From NCBI GenBank assembly GCA_012295275.1, contig CM022666.1, forward strand, positions 7,192,001 to 7,256,000: 64,000 nt of DNA, written 5' to 3'. The notes under the pieces are model-generated. The model was not told where the DNA came from. It worked only from the letters and a program-made list of their open reading frames with translations, and did not search any database. The DNA is from Chrysomallon squamiferum. Lineage: Eukaryota; Animalia; Mollusca. Shown piece after piece: positions 42,460-58,185 of the stretch; position 1 is the stretch's first letter, and every line of letters starts with the position of its first letter. The translations under genes were made by a program, and so were the position numbers.

Positions 42460-43790
42460 TCGATATCCAGTCGGTGCAGCGATCTTTATTGTCGAGAATC
42501 CGGATATTAGAAAAAAAGTGGAGTAGAAAAAAAAAAAAAAAAAATTAGAATAGAAACTTTCTGTTTTACTAATGTGCCTGTATAAAATGGTGCTTCAAAC
42601 AGAAAACATAACTTGTTGATAATAATAATAATAAATAATGATGATGATGATGATGATAAAATATTACCATTCTTTCTCATTCAACACCACTGCAGTTAAT
42701 GTACTGTTTCCTTTGCTAAAAAACAACAACATCAACTACTGTTACTGCTACTGCTCTCACTACTACTACTGTCAATACTATTACAACTCTACCACTGCTG
42801 CTGTTGCTACTACTATTCATGCAACTGCTACCACTATTACCACCACTGCCACTACAACTACAGCTACTACGACTAGTCATTGTACTTAGTGTGCTGTTAC
42901 ATTAATGCATCTACTACAACTATTACTACTACTGCTGTATTATGCATTAGCACTACTTTTATACTACTAATACAACTACTGCTACTACAAGTATTGCTAC
43001 AACTACAACACCAACCACACCAAAACTACAACAACAACTACATCTATTACGTCTACCACTCGTTCTAAAATCAGAAACCAATATTTTCTAACTAATTTCA
43101 CAACAACAGAAGTCAAGAACAGAGAGCAATTTATCAGAAACCTCTAACCGGAGACTCTCAATCATATTCAGCCATTGAAAGGATTCCTCTGACCTACAAA
43201 ACGTTCCTTCTCCTTCCCATCGTGGCGTGACATTATGCAATCACGTGATTGTCATATGACACGCGAACGCAAAACGGCAGTAAACCGGAAGAGTAATTAA
43301 GAAATAAAACGTCCGCTTTATCGGTCAGAACTAAAGCTCAATCTTCTTTGTAATCTGTGACTAGATCGTCAAAGGGCGAGGCAGAGATAAGAAAATTGAT
43401 ATGGGGGTTGAATCGCGGACATGTTGCCATTAATGAAACATCAAAGTGTTGCCGTCGTGGAATAACTTCTGACGTCGTCTGATTTCTGTGTTCAGTGCAG
43501 GTGACACAATTAAAAGTTGTTTTTTTTTTTTTATATTAAGTTAATGTATTTCACAAAACAGTTCTATTTTATTTTATTTATTTATTTATTCTTATTCTTA
43601 TTCTTATTAATTAATTAATTAAATTAATTATTTATCTATTTATTTATTTATTTTGGTAAAGAAATTAATTAAAATAATCTTTGAAGAGTTACGTGATTAC
43701 TAGTTGAAAATTTAAAAAAAAATAAACCTCTTCAAGCAATGGTCACGTGACAATCTCGATACCATTCGAAAAAACAGCATTATCTTAAAG

Positions 43791-43854
<64 letters not shown>

Positions 43855-44280
43855 CACACATACACCTCTAAGGCCTTGGAAACGTTCTAAAAACTTTAAT
43901 TAAACATTTTTTAAAAAGCGTATACACGGATCCTTTGACAAGCATGTCTTCTGTGGCAACACTTCCATCAAAGGCGACCGTTTTTCGGCGTAATTAGAAA
44001 AGAGTCGGAGAGTTTGGAAACTCGCCGGTAACGAAGGCACGCGTGGATTTCTTTCAGTCTCTTCTTTTGTGAGTCTCGCGCAGTCAAACTGATTTGCCGG
44101 TAGACAAAACTGTCGTCAGCGCTGCGATGCTGTTGAAGTATTGGCCCCCAGGGTTGATGCGATCGAGCGGCATGATGTCGTTGATAAGAAAAGGCGAAGA
44201 GAGGAAAATTAGAAGCAACAAGAGGGAGTAGATTTCCGACACTGCCGCAGAAAGATGTTGTATGTAATACAGAGTGTTTG

Positions 44281-44418
<138 letters not shown>

Positions 44419-44784
44419 ACACACACACACATACACACAGTGGATATATCTATATCCATTAATCTGTTCATTCGCCTGTCCATACTTACATCTACCTGGG
44501 ATTTTTCATTCCAGTTTAATCATACCCAAAAATAAGAAGACAATGCTAATTATATAATTATTTATGTAAATATATATATAATAGGTAAATAATTAAAAAT
44601 GTCAAATAGTAGCAATTAGTCAGTTAAACTATTTGAAAAAAAAAAATAAAAAATAAAAGCAAGAAGAAGCAAGAAACAAAGAACAAAACAACAACAGCAA
44701 GAACAGAAAAAACAAATTGTGCCACATACACAGATATTTATTTATTATTTACAAATTATTAACACCAGAACCACGATCATCATT

Positions 44785-44825
<41 letters not shown>

Positions 44826-45554
44826 ACTACTACCATATCTTCATAATCACTACTATCACCATCATCATCATCATCTTCACCATCATCATTAGTTTCTGCA
44901 ACACCACAGCATCCACCACTACCACTCCACCACCAACGTCAACATTACCATCATCATCATCATCATCATCAGCGTCGCCCTAACACAAACATTACAAGCA
45001 GCAACCACAGAAACCGCACTGTTTATACCTACCTACTCCAGCAATAAAGCGAATACATTAACTCACTTAATGTTTTTCTGTTCCACTTTGTTTCTGAAGG
45101 ATTTCACCAAAGCGTGGCAGACGTACGTTTCAAAACACGTGGGAAATACGTTGCGTATTATTTCACAAAGTACGAATACGTTGTTATCTGATTCCCGTAC
45201 GTTCCTAATCCCACGCAAATACGTTGCTTCTTATTTCGGCTTATCATTGATTGCCATAAACAAAAGAAAGAGACATCAACATCTTTACTTACTGTTATTA
45301 TTAATTCGTTTTCATCGTTTGTGTTGTATGCCATTAATGACTAGAATGAAGGACATTAACCAGTGACATATACTTTTTTTTTTTTTTTTATTTTTTTTTT
45401 TTTTGCAAAAAAATGTTCAGCTTAAGGATTGTTCACACTGTGAGATTTGGTATAACTTATTATATTGTAATTGTTACAATTTAATTATTATATTTTATGG
45501 AATATTGACAACTTAGTAATGGTTTTCAGTCTTTCATTATTTATTTATTTATTT

Positions 45555-45579
45555 GTTTGTCTGTCTGCCTGTGTGTGTG

Positions 45580-45635
<56 letters not shown>

Positions 45636-45739
45636 CATCCATCCATCCATCCATCCATTCATCCATCCATCTGTCTATCTGTGTGTCTGTCTGTCTGTCT
45701 ATTAGTTACTTATTTATTAATTACTACTACTATTACCAT

Positions 45740-45776
<37 letters not shown>

Positions 45777-45810
45777 GCTGCTGCTGCTACTACTACTACT
45801 GCTACTATTA

Positions 45811-45845
<35 letters not shown>

Positions 45846-45893
45846 ACTACTACTACTGCTACTACTGTCACTGCTACTGATGTTACTGCTACA
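45555..45893. repeat. Compound microsatellite (GTCT)n-(ATCT)n-(ATCC)n-(TAC/TGC)n
   Basis: Direct reading of the sequence. Confidence 0.9.
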
Positions 45894-46787
45894 ACATGTG
45901 TATAGAATGTTATCGCAATTAATTGTCCTGTGTGTTTGAAGCTTTAGAAAAAAAAAAGATGAGTATTACCAATACTAACAATTAGTAAAAAAAAAGAAAA
46001 ACACCTTTTATGAAACTGACAAGAATCAATAATGTTTGTTATGTACATCAATAAAACCAAAACAATCTTCAGTCCGATAAATTAATGTTTGTTTTAAAAT
46101 GTATATTCATGAATGTATGTATATATATATATTTTAAAGAACATTAAATGATTTTCAAAAAATACCAGTGAAAGGAATAAAAAAGAAAGACAATGAAAGA
46201 AAATATAGAAAACCAAAGCAACAACAAGAACAACAAAAATCAACAAATATTTTATTAAAAATAAATATTTTATAAATTTTAAATTATGTTTTAGCATTTT
46301 GTCCGTTATTATGAGAGAGAGAAAAAAAAGACAAAATGTCAAACCAAAACAAAATTGTTCATCGTAAATAAATAAATAAATGAATAAAAAAATAAATAAA
46401 TAAATAAATAAATAAAAAAATAATAATAATAATAGCTATAACAACCACAACAATAACAATAATAATATTAATGATAATAATAATAATAACAATAATAATA
46501 ATAATAACATTAACATTAACAATAACAATAATAAGTTGACTAAAAAATAAAGTTCTTCACGCCCCATATTTCCTCCAAAACACCCACCCACCCACCCCAC
46601 CCACATACACAGACACACAGAAATTTAGAACTAAAACGCTAGTCCAATGTGATAATCAAATACAGATTTGCATTTGTGTCTTCATCATGAATAATTAAAC
46701 GAGCAATAAGAGCTACGATACCGCGGTCATCAAATTCCAAATAAAAAATATAACAGAAACTGAAAAAGACTAACAAAATAAAAACAC

Positions 46788-46892
<105 letters not shown>

Positions 46893-46997
46893 AGTGTTAA
46901 AGAGGAAGAACAAAACAAAACCCCAACCACTGAAAGCAATAAAAACAAACAAACAATATGTAGCATGCACACGTATATAAGCCCACTACACCCCATA

Positions 46998-47058
<61 letters not shown>

Positions 47059-47454
47059 AAAATAATAAATAAGAGAAAAACAACGGAAATAACTGCGTAT
47101 TGTTATTCACAATTTTCTTATGCTATAAAACGAATCAAAGAGAGAATCTGTAATCAATACTTCAATAAATTTATGCTGAGACAGTTCATTAAACAGACTT
47201 TACAATACACTGCAGTCTAATGGTCGCAACGTTCTCGTGATCTGCACAAATACCACAATCTCTGTGATTCAGACATCACAGCGCAGAAATCTGATATTAT
47301 TAAACTGTCATACAGCCATGTTACTAAGACAGACACCACTGCAGAGTAATTATGACGTAGTGTCGTTGATCGTGGAATATGTGGAACAGACAGCTTGGGA
47401 GAGAGTATTTTTGTTTATTGTTCAGAAATTGCACTTTAATATAAAGGATGCTGT

Positions 47455-47740
47455 ACATTATGGTACACTTTTCAAACGAAACTGATACACAAGTACATGG
47501 AATAATTTATATTATGGTACAATTTGTAAAAGAAAATGGTACATCTGAACACAGAAGACTTTATATTATGGTACAATTTTGAGAAGAAAATGGTACATCT
47601 GAACACAGAATACTTTATATTATGGTACAATTTTCAAACAAAAATCATACATCTGTACATAAAATAGTTTATATTATGGTACAATTTTTCAAAAGAAAAT
47701 GGTATATCTGTTAATACAGTTCTGTACGTTATGATACACT
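47455..47740. repeat. 54-bp minisatellite, ~5 copies
   Basis: The ATTATGGTAC anchor recurs at 47457, 47511, 47565, 47619 and 47673, an exact 54-bp spacing. Confidence 0.9.
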
Positions 47741-50077
47741 GGTTACGCTGAGGTAAAATTGATTGATATCTGATTTTACAGAAACACCGCAGAAAGACGA
47801 ATGTAAAATGCGCTCACTTTGCTGCTTTGCTGATATATGAAGGCACCTGACGCGCTTTGGCTGACAAGCTAATTTTATAAATAAAGTATTATTAAGCAAT
47901 GGCACAGTCGCCCTGTAACCCAGTATCCTATTTCACCGCTGCTCGCTGTCAGACAGACTTTGACTTGGATCGTCTGCTGCTGACAAAACACATCAAACAA
48001 ATCCACTGTTACTAAAAAAAAAAAGAAAGAAGTGATACCTTTATATTAACGAACCAAAACCGCTTTCGTAAAATCCGGCGTACTGCACCCAATGGTACTA
48101 CGACTGTGGAAGATATATGTGTATCTTTAGCACTGAGAGAATTAATCACATTAGTTATTAGTAGATGAAATATAGTCATGAAAGAAAGTGATCGTTGTGA
48201 AATATCGTCACCGTACGCAACGGCACCGTCGACTTTCAAAGCTGTAGCAGCGACTTCTAGTAGGTAACTTATCAATCAAATGTGTCGTTATAGATTACAG
48301 TACTTTAATAATAGGAAATGACCATGTTATAATAACAATACAATATACACACAGTGCTAAGTTTGCTTTGTACAATACCATAGTGGTTACAACTGAGACA
48401 ACAAATCATATACATTTAAAGAAACTTGTCGATGGACGAAATAATCTAGAAATGTCTTTATCCTACGTATTAATGTACAATTTTCGTTTAAAAAGGCGCC
48501 TGGTTGCTTTTTGTAAAATCAGATTAATGTACAGTTTTCGATTAAAAAGATGTCTCGTTATTTTATCTGGATTCAGTGAACAACAACAGTGATTAATAAC
48601 AAATTACGACATCAGAGTAATAGTATTACAAAACGTTTTGCCCCTTTTCCACTGGAGTTATGACGTCATCGCGTTCTGGGTTTGTACTGGTAGCAGGATT
48701 TTCCCCCCGTCTCGTTGACGTTAGAAGAAACCAGAACAAACTGGTTCACGATGATCTCACAGCTACAGAACAATTGCGGCAAGAAGATAAAAAAATAAAA
48801 TAAAATAAAATAAAAATTAAGTGTCTCTTTTGCAGATATACCTCTTTACTAATCAACACTGGACGGCAAAACAAACAGAAACGTAACAAGGAAAAATTCA
48901 GAATATATTAAGATTACTGCGTTTTACGCTTTAATATAATAAACCTTCAAACAGTATTTTAACACGCTACCATTTCCAAATTTAGTATCTCTGTAATAGA
49001 AATTATTTTTAATTTCGTACTATACAATCCATCTTGATTAAAAAAAATAAAATAAAATAAAATAAAATAAAAATAGGTATTATTATTAGACATTACACAG
49101 AAGTAGTCGAAAGAGTTCGTTTCATGATTTAGTTTCTGTACGCAGCTGTACGACGGTGTACAAAGACGCGGTCCGACGTTGTTACCTCGTCTATGAAACA
49201 AATGACACAAGATGAAAGCCCTGAAGCTGATAACCTGAAAGTTACTCGACGACCTCTCAGCTTTATAACAACTCAATAAACAAATCTCACACGGTTAGAC
49301 TGCGACAAATTCATTTTAGCTAAAAACCCTTTTTTTTTTTTTTTTTTTTTCAAAACACAGAATACTGTCCTCAGTGCTGCTTTGGCTTGCAATTATGTGT
49401 TATTAGGCGAGTCTCAAATGGTATTTTCGCTTGCAGTGATATAGAATTATATATTATTAGTCAAGACACATTTGTTATCATTAATCTTGACAAGACAATT
49501 CTGTCAAAATATCGACCTGTACTGAAAGAGAAGAAGAAGAAGAAGAAGAAAGAAAAACGAACGTAAAGGTATCGCAGTAGAGTGACAGGAGGTAGCTAAT
49601 TAGACATATGTATTATAACTTGATATTACAGTCTCATATTAGCAAGATCCTCTCTCAGATTGTAGTATGTGTGTGTGTGTGGGGTGTAGACGCAGTCTTA
49701 CATAAAGTTAAGAAGCGGTGGCAACGCCTATTACTTGGCACGCCAGTCGTGGGCCCAGTTTCTCGAATTCGGTCGAAGGTATTCAGTTTTTAATACGTAT
49801 CAATTCAACATCAATACCCAGCGTGAATGTCTGGAAACAGATTATTTCCGCTTGTTTTTTTTCTTTTATTCCGAAGAATTCGAAATCGTCATTAGAAAAA
49901 CCAAGCTGCCGGGATCTTTTCACGGTCCACTGCACGCAAGGTGAAATGATGCGTGCGATGCGTCAATCGTTTTTAATCACTCACATCAGAAGTGATCGAA
50001 ACTTTCGTTCGAAGACGATCTATCACAGTTGTCGAACTTTTCGACTGATTTTTTTGCCCCCTTTTTTTTTTTTTCTT

Positions 50078-50108
<31 letters not shown>

Positions 50109-52015
50109 GTTCATTAATGCTCCACTTGTCGATATTTTCTTTGAAAGCCGTGTTTATTGCGCCAAGAATGCAGTAACCACGGCTTGCGTTTTCATAGCTC
50201 TTCAAAACGAGCTCCGCAAAGTGGGTCATTCTGTGTAGACTGGTCACACGCTTCTTGGTAAATACCCACCGCTCAGCGGAATAGATAATAGTTGTTTTTT
50301 TCACTTTTCCGTTCCGTAATGGCTTTTCGAAGCGGAAAAGCAAACAGCACATAAGGAAGATCTTTTTTATTTTTTGGGGATTGATTGCGAAATATTTGAC
50401 TGCGAATAATAGCAATAATAGACTGATATTCTCAGTCTTAAACAAGAAAAATCGATTGTAAAGTAACCTTGAACGGACGACCCTGACCTTTTTATGCTCC
50501 GGAACTGAATGCAAAACGACCTCGAAGAGAGAAATTTTAGGGCACAGAAGAAAATCAATATTTATATATAGTTTCAGAGGTACTTATAGTAACCCGATTT
50601 TTGGTTATTCTTATTATTGTTTGTATTTTTAATAATGTACTTCTCGCTATTCCATGTTTGATTAAATTCATCACGTCATTTAAAACTCTTCTGTATATCT
50701 CGTTCTAAACAGTGCTCCGTGACTGGTTGCTTCCGTGTAGAGAATGTAAACAAATTAAAATAAAAAAAACTGTTAATTTTTGTTTTAATTTTTTTTTTAT
50801 ATTATTTTTTAAAATCTTTTTGTACAGGCAAACATAACATAATGAATCTAAGTCGTTATTTTATTTTATTTTGTTTTGTTTTTTTTCTGCTTTTTTCTTT
50901 CTTTCTTAATTTGTTTTTGTTTCTTTCTTGTTTTTATTTTTATTTATTATTATTATTATCTTTTTAATTGCACAAGAGGTAGAGTATATTTTATGTCTTA
51001 TTGTAATTTTTATTTTATTTTATTATTTTATTTTATTTTATTTTATTTTATTTTATTTTATTATTATATTTTTTTTTACCCATACGAACAATGCTTGTAC
51101 TGAATTTATAATTACAGAGGCAATGATTTTATGTGGAACATCGAAGAAACACACAAATGCTTTTAAAAACTGTTTATCTATTGTAAAAAAAAAGAAGATA
51201 TAATAAATTAAAGAAAAAAGAAAAACACAAAATTCAAAAGCAACAGAATCAAACAAAACTTTGTCACTTTTTTCTGAATTTATGATCAGAAAATAGAAAT
51301 GTGATCAAACTATAATTTTTTCACCCCTTTATCAAGTTTTCAACTACTTCATAAAAAATAATTAAAAAAAAAAAAACCGAACACCGGCTCTTTCTTGTCT
51401 CAAGTTTTCAGTAGCAACGCAATTTCTTCTTTGGAAACTTTGATAACAAGATGATAATAATAATAAAAAGAAAGTTTTGTTGCCGAAAGCTAATCGTGTC
51501 CTCATTTTTTTTTTCATTCTACAGCGTCGAGGCGAAATTAATTTTCGGAACAAATGTAACGAAAAAAAAAGATGAAGAAAGAATATAGGCTAGCGAGACA
51601 GTTCTGAGCATGACCGGAAGCTATTTCTTTCTGAATCCGGTTTGAACTAGATCGTTCTAGTTTTGTGTTTGTTGAAAATGTGGTAACACAGAACAAAACA
51701 GTATTCGTATATACGTAATTACATACACACACACATATATATGTACATACGTACATACATACGTGTTTAAAATTTACAAAGATACATACATACATACATA
51801 GATACAAACACACACAACACACACACATATTGAGATGTGTGTGTGTATATATACACATATATGAACATATAAATAAAGAAACAAACAAGCAAATAAATAA
51901 ATCTTACAGTGACAAAATCAGACATTTACCACATTTATGTAATAACAAAAATAAATAAATAAAACATACGAAAAAAAGGAAAAGGAGAGCAATAAAAATA
52001 AATGTAACAATAAAA

Positions 52016-52046
<31 letters not shown>

Positions 52047-53114
52047 AATAATTAAAAAACAAATCGTTATGGTATCAGAAGGCATAATATCTAATCATAT
52101 CCGGACATGTGCACTGTTTAACCTGTCCATCCACTGTGGTTTTTTTTTTCTTTCCCATTTTCACGTGCAGACGAAAAATAAACAAAAATAAAAATAAATC
52201 TTCATACAAAAAAGAAGAAAAAAGTCGACCAGGTGCATTCAGCGTCTCTCCATCTAAAACACTAAAACAGAAGCGATGACAACATTTTTCTCATTCAGCT
52301 CGTGTTCGCTTCTGCTTACGCTGTCGATCGGTCCCTCACCCTCGTTTACAGAATTGTTTATTTCCAACCGAGACGAATCCTGAACGGACAGAAAGCTTAT
52401 GCGGCGAAGCAGTTCTCACTTTGATTATCACTCGCAGCAAACGTAACGCGCTGTGTTCGAAGCGGTACGGACCGGGCCGAGCTCAGTGTTGCCATAAAAT
52501 GGTCGATCGTTGTACTTATGTTGTCGTAAACGCACTCTTGATTAAGATTACGCTTGATGTACGAGCTGTTATTATCCCAGTCGACGTTGTTGACCTACAA
52601 AAGACGTCGTTGTCGACGAAAACTGGTCTTGGTGGAAGAGTGCGACTTCCTGAAACATTCTTCAACGTTCTATCGATCGGTCGGTTGAAAAACAGCCATC
52701 ATCGTCTGCCGGAAAAAAAAAAAAAAAAAAAAAAAAAAAGAAAAAGGAAAAAGGGGGAAAAAAAAACCCAGAAAGAAAGAAAATTAGTCGATCAGTTTTA
52801 TTTACGAACGAGATTCCGTCGCTCGGGAATCTGTTCAGATTAGCAGATTGTTTTGTTTTAAATGTTTTAAATACTCGGCAATGAACGACGAGTTGAAATA
52901 ATTAGAAACGAAATTTGAAATTTTGGGTGAAATTGGTTCTTGTAGCTTTTTTAAACGAAAGGAAATTAGGACTTTGCCTTTTCAGACGTTCTGTATTCAA
53001 AATGATCTCTGTTTTTTTTTGCATGCGGCTGGAAAGAATGTTTTGTTCTGTACACCATCCCAATTTAAAAATTTAAGTGAAACATTTCCAAGTGGTTTGA
53101 ATTCTTGTTACAAA

Positions 53115-53785
<671 letters not shown>

Positions 53786-54477
53786 ATACTTGACAAATGA
53801 CAAGTACTAGACAAGTGTTACACGTGTCTTGTTATCTCACCTGGCGTGTTTACATCCTGTTCATTAAAAAAAAAAAAAAAAATCTTTACTCCTCTCGCAT
53901 TCTGCTCGATATAAAGATTTCTCGTAAATTCAAGATCAGCAATATCTCAGAGATTCCTGTCACCAGCATTCTGCAATAACAGGATGTCCAATGCAGCTGT
54001 TTATACGTCAGTTCTTCACTTACGTGATTTAGATCAGCGGCTTCATTAGTAATCAAGTCGTGTATGCAAATACACTGAACGAAAAAAGAATAGAACAACA
54101 ATAGCTAAAAATCGTTATCATGGATATTCTCAATACATGAATAAAATGAAAGAAAAAACCCACAAAAAACTGTTATGTGACAATTATTATATTTGGTTTA
54201 TTATATTTTGTTTTTATTTGTTTTGTTTTATTTTATTTTATTTTTTATTTTATTTTTCATATTCATTGATAAGCTTTCGTTTTTGCCAGTTATTGCTATA
54301 TTTTTTTTTACTATATCCATCCATTGTTACAAACATATATCACAAACATTTACTTACTTTCGAACATATAATCATAGAATCACACCTATTTGTAAATATA
54401 TGTTTTTACACACACACATACAAACATACATGTAAAATACATCACTATGCACATTTAACTTTCTTTAAAGGTCTTTT

Positions 54478-54596
<119 letters not shown>

Positions 54597-55102
54597 TAAG
54601 TTAGCTGTGATTAAAAATTACTCTATATCTGCCATGCAATTGACATTTACAATAATTACAAACCCTTTAGCAAATTTCCTTTCCGACCTTGGACTCGTGT
54701 AACTGTTTGTGTTTTGCACTGAAAGCCTTAAGCAATTAACCCTTTTGTTTTAAAAACTACTTTTAGGGGAAAAAAAAAAGAATCAACAAAACAAAACCTA
54801 TTCTCAAACGAAATGAAAAAATCAATACGTAAAAAATAATTTTCTTCAACCTATTTTCATTAAGTACGTTCTGAGTTCGATTGTCTTTTGATTCTGTACT
54901 TGCATATACGCACACATATTTGTGCATACACACATACACACACACAATTGCTATTACAACTACTACTATTACTACTACTGTAATAATAGTAATAATAGTA
55001 ATATCGGTGATTATGATAATAATGAAATGGCGATGACGACAATGAATGAGTGAATGAATGAATATTCCAAAAATACAAATAATAATAATAATAATAATAA
55101 TA

Positions 55103-55143
<41 letters not shown>

Positions 55144-55269
55144 AATAATAATAATAATAATAGTAATAATAATAAATACAGAAATAAAGAAAGAAAGAAA
55201 GAAAGGTTATCTTCCAAGATTCAATCCCAAGCTCCTGTAGTCCTCTAACAATCTGCATCGTAAGTTCAC

Positions 55270-55336
55270 GAGTGTAACTATACAGTGTAACTATACAGAG
55301 TAACTCTACAGTGTAACTACACAGAGTAACTCTGTA
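55270..55336. repeat. Short tandem repeat GTAACT(A/C)(T/C)ACA(GA/GT)
   Basis: About five 13-bp units. Confidence 0.7.
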
Positions 55337-55859
55337 CAAAAAAAGCGAGCAGCTGGCACTCGGCAATGTGTAATTAATTACTGTTCCGTTTGTCACCTGC
55401 ACCCGTGCAGCACTCTGTAAACAGTAAGTCTACGAGAGACTCACTAACGTCCGGGCAATCTCCCAGAGTCACTAATTCTAATCACGGGCGACCCGGCTGT
55501 CAAAAACAGCAGCAAAATGTCGTTAAAAAAGTAATTAAACATTTGGTCCAAGATCACCCGATCCTTCAGAAATTCCCGGATGTCCCTTTTACGTCATATG
55601 TGACGTCAGAAGGGTATTTACGTTTCATTGCCGATCGTCGAAATGGTTCGTGTTTTGTTTTGTTTGGGGTTTTTTCAAATTCTGTGCACAGGAATAATGC
55701 TTCTAGTACTTAAAGCGTTGGCAAAAATAAAAAAAAATATAACTAATATAGAAAGTCAGTCTTGGACTATTTCTCATGTAAACAGTACTGAGAAGTCTAT
55801 AAATATCTTTTCAGTAGTAGGTGTAGTAGTCGTAATAGTAGTAGTAGTCGTAATAATAA

Positions 55860-55862
<3 letters not shown>

Positions 55863-55939
<77 letters not shown>

Positions 55940-56007
55940 AATTGTAACTCTAGGACCTTTACTCGGAAATAATTGTTTTTCTTCTAAAAACAACAACAAA
56001 CAACTCC

Positions 56008-56102
<95 letters not shown>

Positions 56103-56195
56103 AATTGTAACACAAGGACCTTTACTCGTATAATTACTACTAAGTGGTAAATGATTTTTTTTTCTTCTAAAAACAACAAACCATTCCATATATAC
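55863..56195. repeat. Local tandem duplication, each unit (GA)n + ~75-95 bp unique sequence
   Basis: GAGTAAATTGTAAC.C.AGGACCTTTACTCG and TTCTAAAAACAACAA...TCCATATAT each occur twice, after a (GA)n run. Confidence 0.8.
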
Positions 56196-56569
56196 TACTA
56201 CTACTACTACTGTTACTACTACCACTACTAGTAGTAATAGTAGTATAGTATAGTATAGTATAGTAGTAGTAGTAATAGCATTAACAATAATATAAAAATG
56301 AATGCATAACGTCACTTTAGGACAACTTATTTTCGAGTGGTATGTAAATGTGTTTTCTGTAAAAGTCTGTATACAGTAGGACTATTAGTAATTTCTGCAT
56401 TAGCGTTTGTAACAATAAAAGCGATAATAAAATGAATAATAAATACAAACAGTCACTCTGTTTCTCCAGTAATTACAGCTGAGTGGTAGATACATACAGT
56501 TTCTGTAAAAACCGTTTGTGGTAATAGTATTTAGTAATAACAGTTTTAGTAGTAGCAGTAATAATAGTA

Positions 56570-56912
56570 ATACTAGTAGTGGTTTGGTAGTAATACTATT
56601 AAAATAAATAAGAAATATACAGAGTCATTCTATTTTTCATGCTAGTACTTAATACTAGTAAAACTAGCAGAAGTTCTTTAGTAATAATATTAAAATAAAT
56701 AACAAATTACAGGTTCACTCTATTTTTCATGCTAGTACTTAGTACTAGTACAACTAGCAGAAGTTCTTTAGTAATAATATTAAAATAAATAACAAATTAC
56801 AGATTCACTCTATTTTTTCATGCTAGTAATTAGTACTAGTACCTCTAGTAGTAGTTTGGTGGTAATAGTATTAAAATAAAAACAAATTACAGGTTCACTC
56901 TGTTTTTCATGT
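56570..56912. repeat. ~90-bp tandem repeat, ~4 copies
   Basis: ATTAAAATAAA.AACAAATTACAG.TTCACTCT.TTTTTCATG units anchored at 56598, 56689, 56779 and 56870. Confidence 0.88.
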
Positions 56913-58120
56913 AATTACTTGCAAGTGTCTGCCTGCTCTCTGAAACCTAATTCTTCCATTCTCAGTGAATTTCTACACGGAACTCTACAAACTGAATTAC
57001 AATTCAGATCACTTGTAGAGATGTGTTCTACAGCATGGAATGCGAAACAGAAAAAGGAGAAAACAACCACGGCCTTGAGTTGGCATGGCTAAATTGTCCA
57101 GACCTGACTGACCAGTGTGATTGGTCACTCTTGTCCACTGAATTCCTCGTCGTTTCAGTGACTCCTTATTTGTAAATTTTCTCTGACATATTCAAGACTT
57201 CGCTATCAGACTGGACTGATTCTAAGTTGTTTGAGAAAATATTACGAACATGCACGAAGGTCTTTGGATCGAATCACGGGATCGGCAGTTATTCAGAAAT
57301 CACTCGAAGAAGTGTGAGACATCTGTAATTCAGTTTTCTTTTTTCTTTTTCAAAATTTCTCAGATTCTGAAATTTGCAACGAGAAGTCATTGCAGTATTT
57401 TTTAAAATTTAGGTATAAAGGATCGTGTCTAACGACAGATTACATTGTTTAGAATTATGAACCTTTCTCTAGATAGGATTTACCTGTTCTTTGATTACTG
57501 TTGTGTATTTCTTCTTTTTAGTTGTGTAAAAGTAACTGAGTATAACTAGTATTAGAGATAACAATATATTTGTCGTTATTTAGGAATACATAAGGTGTCG
57601 GATTTTTAGGATCTTCCAGGTATATCAGTTATTCTGAGGTAGAAAATAATCTTAAAACATAGACATAAACTTGCATCTAAATAAATAAATAAATAAGTGC
57701 TTAACAAATAAACAGTTATAAAATAGACAAACAAGAATAAAATAAAATAAAATAAAATAAAATAAAAATGTAAATTAAAGGATAGAATTTAATAATAAAA
57801 ATAATGTACTTATCGTCCACCCTATAACAAACAGAACTATCATATGACGTCATAATCAGATGACGTTACGAGTCACAGAACGGAAAACGGGTAAGGAGAG
57901 ATCGTATGAATAGGCGAAGTAAGTTTTAGATTTTTTTTATTTATTTATTTATTTACTTATATCAAAACAACGATAACAAAATAATGTTAATAAATTAATA
58001 ACTGCGTTTTATATAAAAATAATATTAAAAATATTTGTTTCTCTTTTACGGTTTTCACAGTTAACTAATAAACCAACATCCTAAATAAATAATTAAATAA
58101 TGACGATGATGATGATGAAG

Positions 58121-58185
<65 letters not shown>

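Noticed and set aside
44084-44280. Minus-strand frame with a hydrophobic stretch (YSLLLLLIFLSSPF...)
   Set aside because: No credible start or acceptor because it begins in a microsatellite, and no recognisable domain. More likely a non-coding island.
47455-47740. Regularly spaced repeats superficially like a CRISPR array (also 56570-56912 and 59435-59825)
   Set aside because: Whole units are homologous with no unique spacers, there are no cas genes, and the context is eukaryotic.
52421-52843. 140-aa plus-strand ORF
   Set aside because: Non-ATG start, runs through poly(A), and has no resemblance to receptor domains.
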